A stretch of DNA of 64,000 bases from Acidobacteriaceae bacterium. Lineage in GTDB: Bacteria; Acidobacteriota; Terriglobia; Terriglobales; Acidobacteriaceae. The notes under the pieces were generated by a model, which ran no database searches, was not told where the DNA came from, and was given only the letters and a program-made list of their open reading frames with translations. The DNA lies in assembly GCA_035532055.1 (NCBI GenBank), contig DATKRT010000030.1:74362-138361 (forward strand). The letters are read 5' to 3'. Position numbers and translations under genes: made by a program. Positions 1 to 10,529 of this stretch are shown here, piece by piece (position 1 is the first letter of the stretch; every line of letters begins with the position of its first letter).

Positions 1-1275
1 CCAACCGACGACGAAGCAAAGCACTGCGCCCAAGGGGAGTCCGAAGAGCCAGTAGCCGACGAAGTCCATGAGCATGGGGACTTTGGTCTCGCCGAGTCCG
101 CGCAGGACGCCGATAGAGATGACCTGGGCGCCGTCGAAGATTTCAAACGCAGCCACAATGAGCAGAATGTGCGCGCCGAGTTTGAGGACCATGGGGTCAT
201 GACTGTAGATTCCGATGATGGGGCCGGGGGTGGTGACGAACAGCACGGCAGCGAAGGCCATGAATCCTACGCCGAGACCGATGGCCATCCATCCGGCGCG
301 GCGGGCTTTGGCCGGATCGCCGGCGCCGATGGCGTGACCGACGGCAACGGCTCCGGCAGCGGAGATGCCGAGCGGCACCATATAGGTGAAGGCGGCACAG
401 TTGAGCACGATTTCGTGCGTGGCGAGGGAGACGGCTCCGAGGTGCGAGGCGAGGATAGACGCCGCGCCAAAGGCTGCAACCTCAAGCACGACCTGGAAGG
501 CCGCGGGGATGCCGAGGTCGAGCAGAGAGCGGATGCGCTTCCAGTTGGGACGGGGCCAGTGGAAGAAGAGCGAGTGTCCCCGGCGGCGCTCGTGTTGCCA
601 GGCGAAGTAAACCAGCACCGCAGCCATGTAAATGCGGGCGAACACCGTGGAGAGCGCGGAGCCGCTGACGCCCATGGCGGGCATGCCAAGCTTGCCGTAG
701 ATGAAGATCCAGTTCCCTGCCAGGTTGACGAGGTTGGCGGAGATAAGCGCGAAGGTGACGGGGCGAACGCGTCCAACGCCCTGCAGGTAGCGGCGGAAGC
801 CACCGTAAATGAGCAGCGGGAGCGTGCCCCAGTTGAGGATGGCGGTGTAGGAACGTGTAAATGTGCTGACGGTGGGGTCGACTCCGCGCCCGGTAAAGAG
901 CGGGATGGCGAAGACGATGAAGAGCATGAGAATGGGCGTGAAGGCCAACGCGATGTACATGGCCTGCGCCAGTGAGCGGTGGCAGTCGTCAAAGTCGCGC
1001 GCGCCCCAGGACTGCGAGACGAGCGTGTCCAAGCCGAGCAGCAGGCCGATGCCGAAGAGCGCCGGCGCATAGTAAATGGCATTGCCCAGGCCGACGGCTC
1101 CGATGGCGGCGGGGCCGAGTTTGCCGACCATGATGACATCAACGACGCTCATGGCCATCCAGCCGATCTCAGACAACGCTACGGGAATTGCGAGCCGGAG
1201 CAGCGCGCGCAATTCGGCGGCGAGGTTGGGCCTTGCGTTGTGCTGATCGAAAATTTCAACGCCGTAGTCGTGCAT
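1..1275 (-). CDS. MATE family efflux transporter (start in window, 3' end runs off the left edge)
   Basis: My own translation of the minus frame from ATG (cat at 1273-1275) gives MHDYGVEIFDQHNARPNLAAELRALLRLAIPVALSEIGWMAMSVVDVIMVGKLGPAAIGAVGLGNAIYYAPALFG..., a multi-TM protein with a typical MATE N-terminus. The frame stays open to position 1, so it is absent from the ORF track. Listed ORFs 169..975(+) and 267..1142(-) are low-complexity off-frame shadows. Confidence 0.8.
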   Translation of the reverse strand, partial: MHDYGVEIFDQHNARPNLAAELRALLRLAIPVALSEIGWMAMSVVDVIMVGKLGPAAIGAVGLGNAIYYAPALFGIGLLLGLDTLVSQSWGARDFDDCHRSLAQAMYIALAFTPILMLFIVFAIPLFTGRGVDPTVSTFTRSYTAILNWGTLPLLIYGGFRRYLQGVGRVRPVTFALISANLVNLAGNWIFIYGKLGMPAMGVSGSALSTVFARIYMAAVLVYFAWQHERRRGHSLFFHWPRPNWKRIRSLLDLGIPAAFQVVLEVAAFGAASILASHLGAVSLATHEIVLNCAAFTYMVPLGISAAGAVAVGHAIGAGDPAKARRAGWMAIGLGVGFMAFAAVLFVTTPGPIIGIYSHDPMVLKLGAHILLIVAAFEIFDGAQVISIGVLRGLGETKVPMLMDFVGYWLFGLPLGAVLCFVVGW

Positions 1276-1365
1276 GGGAAGACCTGAAGCGAAGCAAGAT
1301 TTTCTGATTGTACCCGGATGGGATGCTGCACACAGCGTCGTGTTAAATTTGAATCAGCGCGTGAT

Positions 1366-1455
1366 GGAGAGATGGCCGAGTGGCTGAAGGCGCACGCTTG
1401 GAAAGCGTGTTTAGGGGTAACTCTAACGTGGGTTCGAATCCCACTCTCTCCGCCA
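1366..1455 (+). tRNA. tRNA-Ser (anticodon GGA), long variable arm, CCA encoded
   Basis: GGAGAGA acceptor pairs with TCTCTCC. Anticodon stem CACGC/GCGTG with loop TTGGAAA. Long extra arm TTAGGGGTAACTCTAAC. T-loop GTGGGTTCGAATCCCAC, then G-CCA. Confidence 0.93.
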
Positions 1456-1754
1456 GAAAAATCGATGGCTTGCACGACCGGATTTCCCGCGCAGGATGGT
1501 ACAGCGTAGCGTTATACAGACGCGGTTTTTGCGCTGAATTGCCCTCTCAATAACCCCTTCCCTCACCTTTTTCATTCCCTGCCACGACATCTCATTCAGT
1601 GTTGATTTGTGCTACCGCAGATCCAGACCGTCGTGGGACAGTCCCTGGGATCGCAGAGCAGATTTCGGCGGGAAGCCGACTATGGGCAGGTTAGAAAGTC
1701 CTTAAAGGTAACTCGCTGCACTTCCACTGGGGGACTCGATTCGAGTGATCGGTC

Positions 1755-2621
1755 CTATTCGTGGAGTGTCATGACGGGACAGATGGCTTCGGCTGCGACC
1801 TGCGGCACCGTGCCGGCTGCAAAGTGCGTGACACGCGCCGGAGCGGGATGCGCGCCCATCACGATGAGATCGGCATTGCGCTCTTCGGCAACATCGACGA
1901 TGGCCCGGCCGGGGGCACAGTCGGAAACAAGCGTGCGGAGGGTCCGGCGAAGGAAAGCGGTGCCGGGCAGGCTATCCATAAAACTGTTCTCAAAGGCCGC
2001 CCAGTCAGCGGCGGGCTGGGACGGATCTTCGATGTTCAGCAAGGTGAAGTCGGCACGATACAGGCGCGCGAACTGGTAGGCATAGGCGGCGATCCAGGCT
2101 GACTGTGGGTCGAGAGTGGTTGCGCAGAGGATGTTGCGGGGGTTCCAGGTCTGTCCCGGAGTCCGTGTGACCTTGGGACCAACGAGCACGACCGGGCAGG
2201 TGACCTTTCGCAGGATGGTTTCCGCGTCGGAGCCGAGCAGGAAGCGTTCGAAGCCGGCCTTGCTGTGCGTGCCGAGGACGATGATGTCGACTTTGTTCTC
2301 GTTGATAAAGGTGAGGAGTTCTTTGCGGATAGCGCCGGTTATCGAAAATGCTTCGGCCCAGTAGCCTTCCGAGCGCAGACCTGCTCCAGCCTGTTCCAGT
2401 CGCTGCTCCAGACGCTCCTGGATGCCCTGCTGGTCAATCCAAACAGCCTCCGGGGGCGTGATGAGGTTGCTGGGTTCAGTGACGTGTACCAGAAAGAGAC
2501 GCGAATCGTATCGCTTGGCAATGGACTTGGCGTATTCGAGTGCTTGCTGGGAGACGTCGGAGAAGTCCGTGGGGACGAGGATGCGGTCCAACGAAGTCAC
2601 AACCCGAGTCAGGGTGTCCAT
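1755..2621 (-). CDS. universal stress protein, tandem USP domains
   Basis: 288 aa. ILVPTDFSDVSQQALEYAKSIAKRYDSRLFLVHV in the first half and ADLIVMGAHP...VPQVAAEAICPVM in the second half, which are typical UspA-fold motifs. Confidence 0.85.
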   Translation of the reverse strand: MDTLTRVVTSLDRILVPTDFSDVSQQALEYAKSIAKRYDSRLFLVHVTEPSNLITPPEAVWIDQQGIQERLEQRLEQAGAGLRSEGYWAEAFSITGAIRKELLTFINENKVDIIVLGTHSKAGFERFLLGSDAETILRKVTCPVVLVGPKVTRTPGQTWNPRNILCATTLDPQSAWIAAYAYQFARLYRADFTLLNIEDPSQPAADWAAFENSFMDSLPGTAFLRRTLRTLVSDCAPGRAIVDVAEERNADLIVMGAHPAPARVTHFAAGTVPQVAAEAICPVMTLHE

Positions 2622-2701
2622 ACACCACCTCCGGCAGGCTGCGGAAGCGAGGCCGAGACCTGCTCGCGAATCAGATGTTACGGGGAGGATGGATCGAGTG
2701 C

Positions 2702-2717
2702 AGTGACAACGCTCACA
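2702..2717. promoter_or_regulatory. CRP-type palindrome AGTGA-caacgc-TCACA upstream of USP gene 1755..2621
   Basis: Inverted repeat read directly. Its centre is about 88 bp upstream of the ATG at 2621. A TAACAT -10-like hexamer lies on the minus strand (2675-2680), about 32 bp downstream of the centre. It is one of three same-format boxes in this cluster. Confidence 0.45.
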
Positions 2718-2866
2718 GGCTGGATGTGACGAGGGTTCGCCTGGCGACGAAATATCGTCTCGTCACTCAGCAAGCCGGACGCAAAGGGGCTGTCCTGCGA
2801 GATTTTATAAGTCATTGTTTTTCAATCTGATGACTCAGTGACGACAGGTGAGGAAGGGTTTGGTCA

Positions 2867-3235
2867 TTGAGGTGCGATATAGGAAAGCAGACGAAGAAAG
2901 AAGTGACCGTGCGAATTTCAACGCAGGAAAAACCCGAAGGTCTGACATTGAAGATCGAGGGGAGGGTTATCGGCGAATGGGCGGCAGAGTTGGAGCGATT
3001 TTGGGAATTGTTCCATCCGCTGATTGGGGCAAATAGGTTGTGGCTCGATATCTGCGACGTTATGTTTCTCGATCTCCGCGGGAAACAGATTCTGCATAAG
3101 ATTTTTGTGTCAACCGGAGCCGAGATTCTTGCCGACTCACCACTGACCCGGCAGTTTGCCGATGAAGTGAAACAGATTCCGAATGCAGTAAAACAGATTC
3201 CGAATAAGGACGGATTGGGAGAAGTATATGAATAG
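2867..3235 (+). CDS. STAS-domain protein (anti-sigma-factor-antagonist-like); true start uncertain (TTG 2867, GTG 2903 or 2909)
   Basis: LTLKIEGRVIGEWAAELERFWELF...LWLDICDVMFLDLRGKQILHKI follows the STAS/SpoIIAA pattern. The 3' end overlaps the Crp/Fnr start. Confidence 0.55.
   Translation: MRCDIGKQTKKEVTVRISTQEKPEGLTLKIEGRVIGEWAAELERFWELFHPLIGANRLWLDICDVMFLDLRGKQILHKIFVSTGAEILADSPLTRQFADEVKQIPNAVKQIPNKDGLGEVYE
3170..3205. repeat. 21-bp-period tandem duplication (AAACAGATTCCGAAT x2)
   Basis: Identical 15-mers at 3170-3184 and 3191-3205. They encode VKQIPNAVKQIPNK at the STAS C-terminus and lie 23-58 bp upstream of the Crp/Fnr ATG (3228). Confidence 0.8.
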
Positions 3236-3944
3236 CCTACGTGGACTGGATATAACGCGGAAATGCCAACTCTGCAACCTGAAATCGAACGGATTCCTGT
3301 GCAACCTGTCCCCTGCCGCAATGAAGGAGTTCGAAGCGATTAAGTACTCGTCCATGTACCCGGCAAACTCGATGCTGTTTCTTGAGAATGAGCCTGCGCG
3401 TGGCATCTATGTTCTGTGCTCGGGCGAAGTGAAGCTTTCGGTAAGTTCGCGCGGCGGCAAGACGTTGATTCTACGGATTGCGCGGCCGGGAGATATTCTG
3501 GGGATCACGTCGAACATGTCCGGAGCGCCGTACCAGGCCAGCGCGGAGACGCTGCATCCGTGCCAGGTGGCGTTTATCCGGCGGGAAGACTTTATGACTT
3601 TCCTGCGGAAATATCCCGAGGTGTACCAGACGGTTGTCCAGCAGCTGACCGGTCAGTATGCGACGGCCTGCGAACAACTGAGGACGGTGGGCCTGTCAAC
3701 TTCGGCGCATGAGAAGCTGGCGAGGCTGATTCTGCACTGGTCGCACGAGGGCAAGGCGACGCCGGAAGGCACGCAGATCAAGGTGCCGCTGACACATGAG
3801 CAGATTGCAGAATGCGTGGGTTCGACCCGCGAGACGGTAACCCGCACTCTGAGCGAGTTCAAGCACCGGCACCTGGTGACACTGAAGGGCGCGACGATGG
3901 TTATTTCGAATCCCGCGGCACTGGGAGTCATTGGCGGCTCATAA
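3228..3944 (+). CDS. Crp/Fnr family transcriptional regulator
   Basis: 238 aa with a cNMP-binding-like beta-roll (YVLCSGEVKLSV...GDILG) and a C-terminal HTH, IAECVGSTRETVTRTLSEFK, closely matching E. coli CRP VGCSRETVGRILKML. N-terminal Cys cluster C13-x2-C16-x8-C25. Confidence 0.9.
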   Translation: MNSLRGLDITRKCQLCNLKSNGFLCNLSPAAMKEFEAIKYSSMYPANSMLFLENEPARGIYVLCSGEVKLSVSSRGGKTLILRIARPGDILGITSNMSGAPYQASAETLHPCQVAFIRREDFMTFLRKYPEVYQTVVQQLTGQYATACEQLRTVGLSTSAHEKLARLILHWSHEGKATPEGTQIKVPLTHEQIAECVGSTRETVTRTLSEFKHRHLVTLKGATMVISNPAALGVIGGS

Positions 3945-3963
3945 GACTGCCTGTTTACCAAGA

Positions 3964-3992
3964 GGGGCGTGGCTGACGGCCACGTCCCTTTT
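3964..3992 (+). terminator. putative intrinsic terminator after the Crp/Fnr gene
   Basis: GGGGCGTGGC-tgacg-GCCACGTCCC (10-bp stem with one G-T pair) followed by TTTT. Confidence 0.5.
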
Positions 3993-4183
3993 GCGTGCGC
4001 ATAACGCACGGTTCCCTGCTCGCCATTTTGCCGGGCTGCCGGAATGTGGATGTGTGCCCGATGGATCGGGTATGCTTTTTACTGGCGTCTTTTTCGTCGG
4101 GAAGTGTCTGTCTCCTCTTATGTGCCTTGGAAGTTTCATTCTGAATGCAGACCTGACGCAACAGGAACAACGGGTAAAGCAGC

Positions 4184-6466
<2,283 letters not shown>

Positions 6467-6490
6467 GCTCCACCACGTCTGCTGGAATGC

Positions 6491-7384
6491 CTAGGTTGCG
6501 TGCTCCATCTGTGGCAGCAGCGACTCCTCCGTAACCCCCTCAGCCGCCGGAATGCAGAGCACCGGACAGGAGACGTTGGAGATGACCTGCAGCACGGTGC
6601 TGGAGGGCATGTCCTTTTCCGAGAGCACGCGTGAGGGCGAACCCAGAACCACGAGGTCCGCGTGCGATTCCCTGGCATATTTTCCGATGACTTCAGAAGG
6701 ATCCCCGGTCACGATGAAGTGCTCGACAGGAACCGTGTGCGACTCGTTGAACGGCGCGAGGAAGCGGAGGCGTTCAAGCAGGACTGCGCGTTTCTCTTTG
6801 CTCCGGACATCAGATGAATGCAGCACCAGCAACTGCTCATGGGCGATGCGATGCGCGGATGAAAGCGCGCAGAGAGACGCCAGCGAAAAGTCCGTGGCGA
6901 GCAGAACGGTGCGCCACTGACCGGCCCAAGGCAGGAGTGATTCCGCATCCGGCGTAACGGTAAGGATGGGGCAGGGCGATTTTGCGAGTAACTGGCGCGC
7001 GATGGTTCCCAGAGCCACGCGGCCCGCTTCGGTCTTGCCGCGGGTTCCGAGCACGAGCAATTTTCCTTTGTAGTCCGCCACGCACTGCAGGATGCGCTCG
7101 CAGATGTCTCCTGTCTCGACAACCGAGTGGACTCCGATTCCCTGTTTGCGGGTCTCCTCTTCAAAGCGCGCCAACTCTTCGCGGGCAGCCTGATCGGCTG
7201 CGAGAGATTCCGGCACGCCGGTGGGAAAGGCGTATGCCATGGGGTCGATCACATGAACCAGCAGCAGCTTGGCGCCGTGAAGCTGAGCGATGGCCTGGGC
7301 ATAGCGAAGCGTAGCCGACGACTTCGCGGAGAAGTCCATAGCCACCACAATGGTTTCAAATGGGAATTGTCGTGAGATGGTCAT
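6491..7384 (-). CDS. universal stress protein, tandem USP domains
   Basis: 297 aa. TIVVAMDFSAKSSATLRYAQAIAQLHGAKLLLVHV, LLVLGTRG, ADLVVLGSP and SNVSCPVLCIP motifs. Confidence 0.85.
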   Translation of the reverse strand: MTISRQFPFETIVVAMDFSAKSSATLRYAQAIAQLHGAKLLLVHVIDPMAYAFPTGVPESLAADQAAREELARFEEETRKQGIGVHSVVETGDICERILQCVADYKGKLLVLGTRGKTEAGRVALGTIARQLLAKSPCPILTVTPDAESLLPWAGQWRTVLLATDFSLASLCALSSAHRIAHEQLLVLHSSDVRSKEKRAVLLERLRFLAPFNESHTVPVEHFIVTGDPSEVIGKYARESHADLVVLGSPSRVLSEKDMPSSTVLQVISNVSCPVLCIPAAEGVTEESLLPQMEHAT

Positions 7385-7446
7385 AACCCCTCCTCCAATA
7401 GTTTAGTTCTCTAATGAGACACTAATCGTGAGAATTCACGACTCAC

Positions 7447-7462
7447 TGTGACCTGTGTCACC
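7447..7462. promoter_or_regulatory. CRP-type palindrome TGTGA-cctgtg-TCACC upstream of USP gene 6491..7384
   Basis: Read directly. Its centre is about 70 bp upstream of the ATG at 7384. A second palindrome, CGTGA-gaat-TCACG, lies immediately adjacent at 7427-7440. Confidence 0.45.
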
Positions 7463-7491
7463 ATGTAAGCGATAGCGAGGGCGTGCTGCAA

Positions 7492-7507
7492 GGGCCAGGC
7501 TTTTGCA
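7492..7507 (+). promoter_or_regulatory. weak candidate sigma-54 -24/-12 element GGGCCAGGCTTTTGCA
   Basis: GG (7493-94) and GC (7505-06) have the canonical GG-N10-GC spacing with TTGCA at -12. It points rightwards, antisense to the small ORF 7531..7755, so no obvious target. About one chance match of this quality is expected per window. Confidence 0.2.
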
Positions 7508-7530
7508 GGGCTGCGCCATCGCCAGGGCAG

Positions 7531-7755
7531 CTAAAGATGATCGGCGTCCTGCGACAGTTCAGCCTCCAGAGTGCTGCTGGAGCCCTCTTCCTTTATCTCT
7601 ATAAGTAGCTGTCCAAGAGCAGCTTGCGTGGAGCGCAGAAGCTCGGCGAGGGGTTGCGGAATCATGCCGCTTTGCATTCCCACGGATTGGGGGTCTTCCA
7701 GTGCACGCCCCAGTCTGGCGTGAAGTTCCTCGAGTTGTGTTACTACCGATGCCAT
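7531..7755 (-). CDS. small acidic hypothetical protein (74 aa)
   Basis: Internal ATG at 7755 is preceded by GGAAGGAATT (SD-like). MASVVTQLEELHARLGRALEDPQ...LLIEIKEEGSSSTLEAELSQDADHL is helical and coiled-coil-like. The longer ORF start (7872) lacks an RBS. Confidence 0.5.
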   Translation of the reverse strand: MASVVTQLEELHARLGRALEDPQSVGMQSGMIPQPLAELLRSTQAALGQLLIEIKEEGSSSTLEAELSQDADHL

Positions 7756-7796
7756 AATTCCTTCCACACGTTGAGGCAACGAAAAATAACACTCCC

Positions 7797-7811
7797 GGGC
7801 ATTCCCTTGCA
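7797..7811 (+). promoter_or_regulatory. weak candidate sigma-54 -24/-12 element GGGCATTCCCTTGCA upstream of the third USP gene
   Basis: The GG-N10-GC spacing is satisfied (GG 7797-98, GC 7809-10) with TTGCA at -12, but the GGCA core is shifted by one base relative to consensus. Confidence 0.2.
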
Positions 7812-7833
7812 AATGCGTGGCAATTGGAACAAC

Positions 7834-7849
7834 CGTGACAGGCGTCACT
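7834..7849. promoter_or_regulatory. CRP-type palindrome CGTGA-caggcg-TCACT upstream of USP gene 7920..8864
   Basis: Read directly. Its centre is about 78 bp upstream of the RBS-supported ATG at 7920. This is the third copy of the GTGA-N6-TCAC format in the cluster. Confidence 0.45.
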
Positions 7850-7919
7850 GACTCCCAGATAAATGAACACAATCGTAATAGGTAGGACTGGTCTATCCTT
7901 ATCAGAACGGGAGCGGCTT

Positions 7920-8864
7920 ATGGAAAAGCTAGCGGAGCTTCGAACCGCGCATACCGACCTTGCCTGCCCGGAAGCGATCGTAGTAGCCACAGACCTCAAG
8001 GATGCAGAGCGTCTGCTTCCTTATGCCATTGCACAGGCCAAGTCGAGTGGCGCGGCGCTGACGGTTGTGCATGCGATGCCGCCAGAGGATAGCCAAGAAT
8101 CCAAGTTGGGTGCAGCGGCGTCGGAAAGCATGATCCATCCAGCCGGCAGGCGGATGGCGATGGAAGATATTGCCAAGCGCGTGCGCGCGCATGGTATTTC
8201 CTGCTCAACGGTTGTGAATGCCGGGCCGGTTGCGGATGTGGTGGAAGAGATTCTGCGCCGGACGGGAGCCGGGCGTCTGATAGTAGGCACGCATGCACGG
8301 CAGGGCGTGGATAAACTTCTGCTTGGTTCTGTGGCGCGCAAGTTACTTGAAAACGTGGAAGTTCCTGTGCTGATTGTTGGCCCACAGTGCAAGGAAGGGT
8401 CGCCAGACTGGTCGATCAAGAAGATGCTGCTCGCCTCATCGTCGCTGGATAAGAGCGCGCCCAAGGCGGTGGTGTCGCGCGCCATCGCCAAGCACAATCA
8501 TGCGGCACTTACGGTGCTGCATGTGCTTGCTCCGGATCGTCACGCCAACCGCCTGCTTACGCCCGCCCAGGCGCTGGTAGAACCTGTTCTGGAACCAAAT
8601 GGTGGAGGAGAAGGACAGTCGGCCTCCATCCGGGTTACCGCTGGCGACCCGTCTGTTGAGATTGTCCGCGTTGCGAGTGAGATCTCAGCCGATCTCATTG
8701 TCCTTGGGGTTCATCATTATCTGTTCCGCCTGCCGTTCGGCAAGGAAACCACGGCCTATAAGGTCCTGGCTTCCGCACCTTGTCCTGTTCTTACGCTCAA
8801 GAGTGATTCAGCCCTAATTCGGAAACATGCCTTAACCGAGACAAGGCATATGGCCCTGCAGTAG
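7920..8864 (+). CDS. universal stress protein, tandem USP domains
   Basis: The ORF opens at 7863, but the ATG at 7920 has GGGAG 9 nt upstream. EAIVVATDLKDAERLLPYAIAQAKSSGAALTVVHAM, LIVGTHARQGV, ADLIVLGVHH and SAPCPVLTL motifs. Confidence 0.82.
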   Translation: MEKLAELRTAHTDLACPEAIVVATDLKDAERLLPYAIAQAKSSGAALTVVHAMPPEDSQESKLGAAASESMIHPAGRRMAMEDIAKRVRAHGISCSTVVNAGPVADVVEEILRRTGAGRLIVGTHARQGVDKLLLGSVARKLLENVEVPVLIVGPQCKEGSPDWSIKKMLLASSSLDKSAPKAVVSRAIAKHNHAALTVLHVLAPDRHANRLLTPAQALVEPVLEPNGGGEGQSASIRVTAGDPSVEIVRVASEISADLIVLGVHHYLFRLPFGKETTAYKVLASAPCPVLTLKSDSALIRKHALTETRHMALQ

Positions 8865-8893
8865 CACGGGCTGTAGCTTCCTGAGGTCTCCCC

Positions 8894-9154
8894 ATGAAAT
8901 GCGCGAACCATCTCTGCAATCGCGAAGAGCTGTATTTCCGCAGCGGGACGCTGCACTCGATTGACTTCGACCCACCTGAATATCTTGCGGACGGGCATGT
9001 AATGCGCCAGAAAGTGATCTGGTTGTGCGACCGGTGCAGCCGTAACTTTTGTGTGGATACCTGGCGGCCACCCGGGGAGCAGTTACACATGCGCACGCTG
9101 AAGGGCCTGCAGGTCACGCAAGTCAATACGAAAATAACAAAGTCAGCGGCGTGA
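8894..9154 (+). CDS. small Cys-rich hypothetical protein (zinc-ribbon-like CxxxxC...CxxC)
   Basis: 86 aa, MKCANHLCNRE...WLCDRCSRNFC. GAGG lies 9 nt upstream of the ATG. The 3' end overlaps the ruvC stop by 12 bp (convergent). Confidence 0.5.
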   Translation: MKCANHLCNREELYFRSGTLHSIDFDPPEYLADGHVMRQKVIWLCDRCSRNFCVDTWRPPGEQLHMRTLKGLQVTQVNTKITKSAA

Positions 9155-9661
9155 GGTTTGCGGCGATTGCGCGGCCAGCGTTTGTGCGTGATGGATATGG
9201 CAAATGGCAATGGCGAGGGCGTCGGCAGCGTCTGCCGGCTGGGGTAGCTCGGGGAGATTGAGCAGCCGAGCGACCATAAACTGCACCTGCGATTTCTGCG
9301 CCAGACCATAGCCGGTCACGGTGGACTTGATCTTGAGCGGGGCGTATTCGGCAATGGGCAGGCCTGCAGTCGCGGCGGCGAGCAGGGCTACTCCGCGAAC
9401 GTGGCCGAGCTTGAGCGCGGACTTGGCATTGACGGAGTAGAAGACTTCCTCAATTGCGATGACGTCGGGAGCATGTGCCTGGATGAGCGTGCAGAGTTCT
9501 GCATAAACCAGTGAGAGCCGGTGCGGAAGCGACTCCTTCATTGGCAGGCGTATGCCTCCGGCGCCAAGCGAGATGAGCTGCGGATTGCGTGCCGCGTCGT
9601 CCCACTCGACGACGCCGTAACCGGTGCACTCTGTTCCGCAGTCAATACCGAAGACGCGCAT
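9143..9661 (-). CDS. ruvC: crossover junction endodeoxyribonuclease RuvC
   Basis: MRVFGIDCGTECTGYGVVEWDD...VIAIEEVFYSVNAKSALKLGHVRGVALL...ADALAIAICH, canonical RuvC. The start is taken at the internal ATG 9661. Confidence 0.93.
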   Translation of the reverse strand: MRVFGIDCGTECTGYGVVEWDDAARNPQLISLGAGGIRLPMKESLPHRLSLVYAELCTLIQAHAPDVIAIEEVFYSVNAKSALKLGHVRGVALLAAATAGLPIAEYAPLKIKSTVTGYGLAQKSQVQFMVARLLNLPELPQPADAADALAIAICHIHHAQTLAAQSPQTSRR

Positions 9662-9697
9662 GGGTGGAGTGTACCGCACACCATGCGCGGCGGGAAT

Positions 9698-10468
9698 TCA
9701 TCGCGAGATACCTTCCAGCGGCGAGCTGGCCGAGGCGTAGAGCTTACGCGGCATGCGTCCGGCGATGAAGGCCTGGCGTCCGGCAAGAACTGCGTGCTGC
9801 ATGGCTTCCGCCATGAGGATGGGATTGGCGGCGGCGGCAATGGCGGTATTCATGAGCACACCGTCCGCGCCCAACTCCATGGCAAGCGCAGCGTCCGAAG
9901 CGGTGCCGACACCCGCGTCGACGATAAGCGGAACCTCAGTGATCTTTTCGCGCAGGATCTGGAGCGTGGCCCGGTTCTGAATGCCGAGTCCGCTGCCGAT
10001 GGGCGCTGCAAGAGGCATGACGGCGGAGGCTCCCGCGTCGATGAGGCGAAGCGCAAAGACAATGTCGTCAGAGGTGTAGGGCAGGACGGTAAAGCCTTCC
10101 TTGACCAAGGTGCGAGTAGCTTCAAGTGTCGCTTGAACATCGGGGTAGAGCGTGGCCTGATCGCCGATGACCTCAACCTTGACCCAGTCGGACAGTCCAA
10201 CCTCACGGCCAAGGCGCGCGGCGCGGATGGCTTCCTCCGCGGTGTAGCAGCCGGCGGTATTGGGGAGCAGAAAGTAGCGCTGCGGATCGATGAAGTCGAG
10301 CAGCGATTCTTTGGAGCGGTCGAGATTGACACGGCGCACGGCGACGGTGACCATCTCGGCGCCCGAGGCCTCAATCGCGGCCTGTGTTTCCGGGCCGTCC
10401 TTGTACTTGCCTGTTCCTACGATCAGCCGTGACTGAAAGGCTTTGCCTGCGATTACTAGGGGTTCCAT
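9698..10468 (-). CDS. thiG: thiazole synthase ThiG
   Basis: 256 aa. [21 protein letters not shown]...[10 protein letters not shown]...LLPNTAGC...[14 protein letters not shown], typical of ThiG. Confidence 0.95.
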   Translation of the reverse strand: MEPLVIAGKAFQSRLIVGTGKYKDGPETQAAIEASGAEMVTVAVRRVNLDRSKESLLDFIDPQRYFLLPNTAGCYTAEEAIRAARLGREVGLSDWVKVEVIGDQATLYPDVQATLEATRTLVKEGFTVLPYTSDDIVFALRLIDAGASAVMPLAAPIGSGLGIQNRATLQILREKITEVPLIVDAGVGTASDAALAMELGADGVLMNTAIAAAANPILMAEAMQHAVLAGRQAFIAGRMPRKLYASASSPLEGISR

Positions 10469-10529
10469 GGGGCTATTGTAGTGCGGAATGCACCGCGATG
10501 TTTGTGATCTGTGTCAGATGCTGGCGTGC

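Noticed and set aside
169-1142. ORF-track entries 169..975(+) and 267..1142(-), 268-291 aa
   Set aside because: Their translations are Gly/Asp/Glu-rich or Ser/Pro/Ala-rich low complexity. A third frame on the minus strand gives a convincing MATE transporter, so these are off-frame shadows in GC-rich DNA.
1456-1754. A genomic island integrated at the 3' end of tRNA-Ser, since the USP cluster starts about 300 bp downstream
   Set aside because: There is no integrase, no direct repeat of the tRNA 3' end that I could find, and no compositional break. The same holds downstream of tRNA-Gly (34278 onward).
7624-7851. 75-aa plus-strand ORF that could be the target of the sigma-54-like element at 7492
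   Set aside because: The translation (MRGAQKLGEGLRNHAALHSHGLGVFQCTPQ...) is Arg/His/Cys-rich with no RBS. The opposite-strand 74-aa ORF has a good RBS and a protein-like sequence.
10469-10529. Possible TPP riboswitch upstream of thiG
   Set aside because: Only about 60 nt separate thiG from the pepA stop, and I see no CUGAGA or ACCUGAUCUGGAUAAUGCCAGCG-like core on the minus strand. The ATCTG...CAGAT palindrome lies on the wrong strand.
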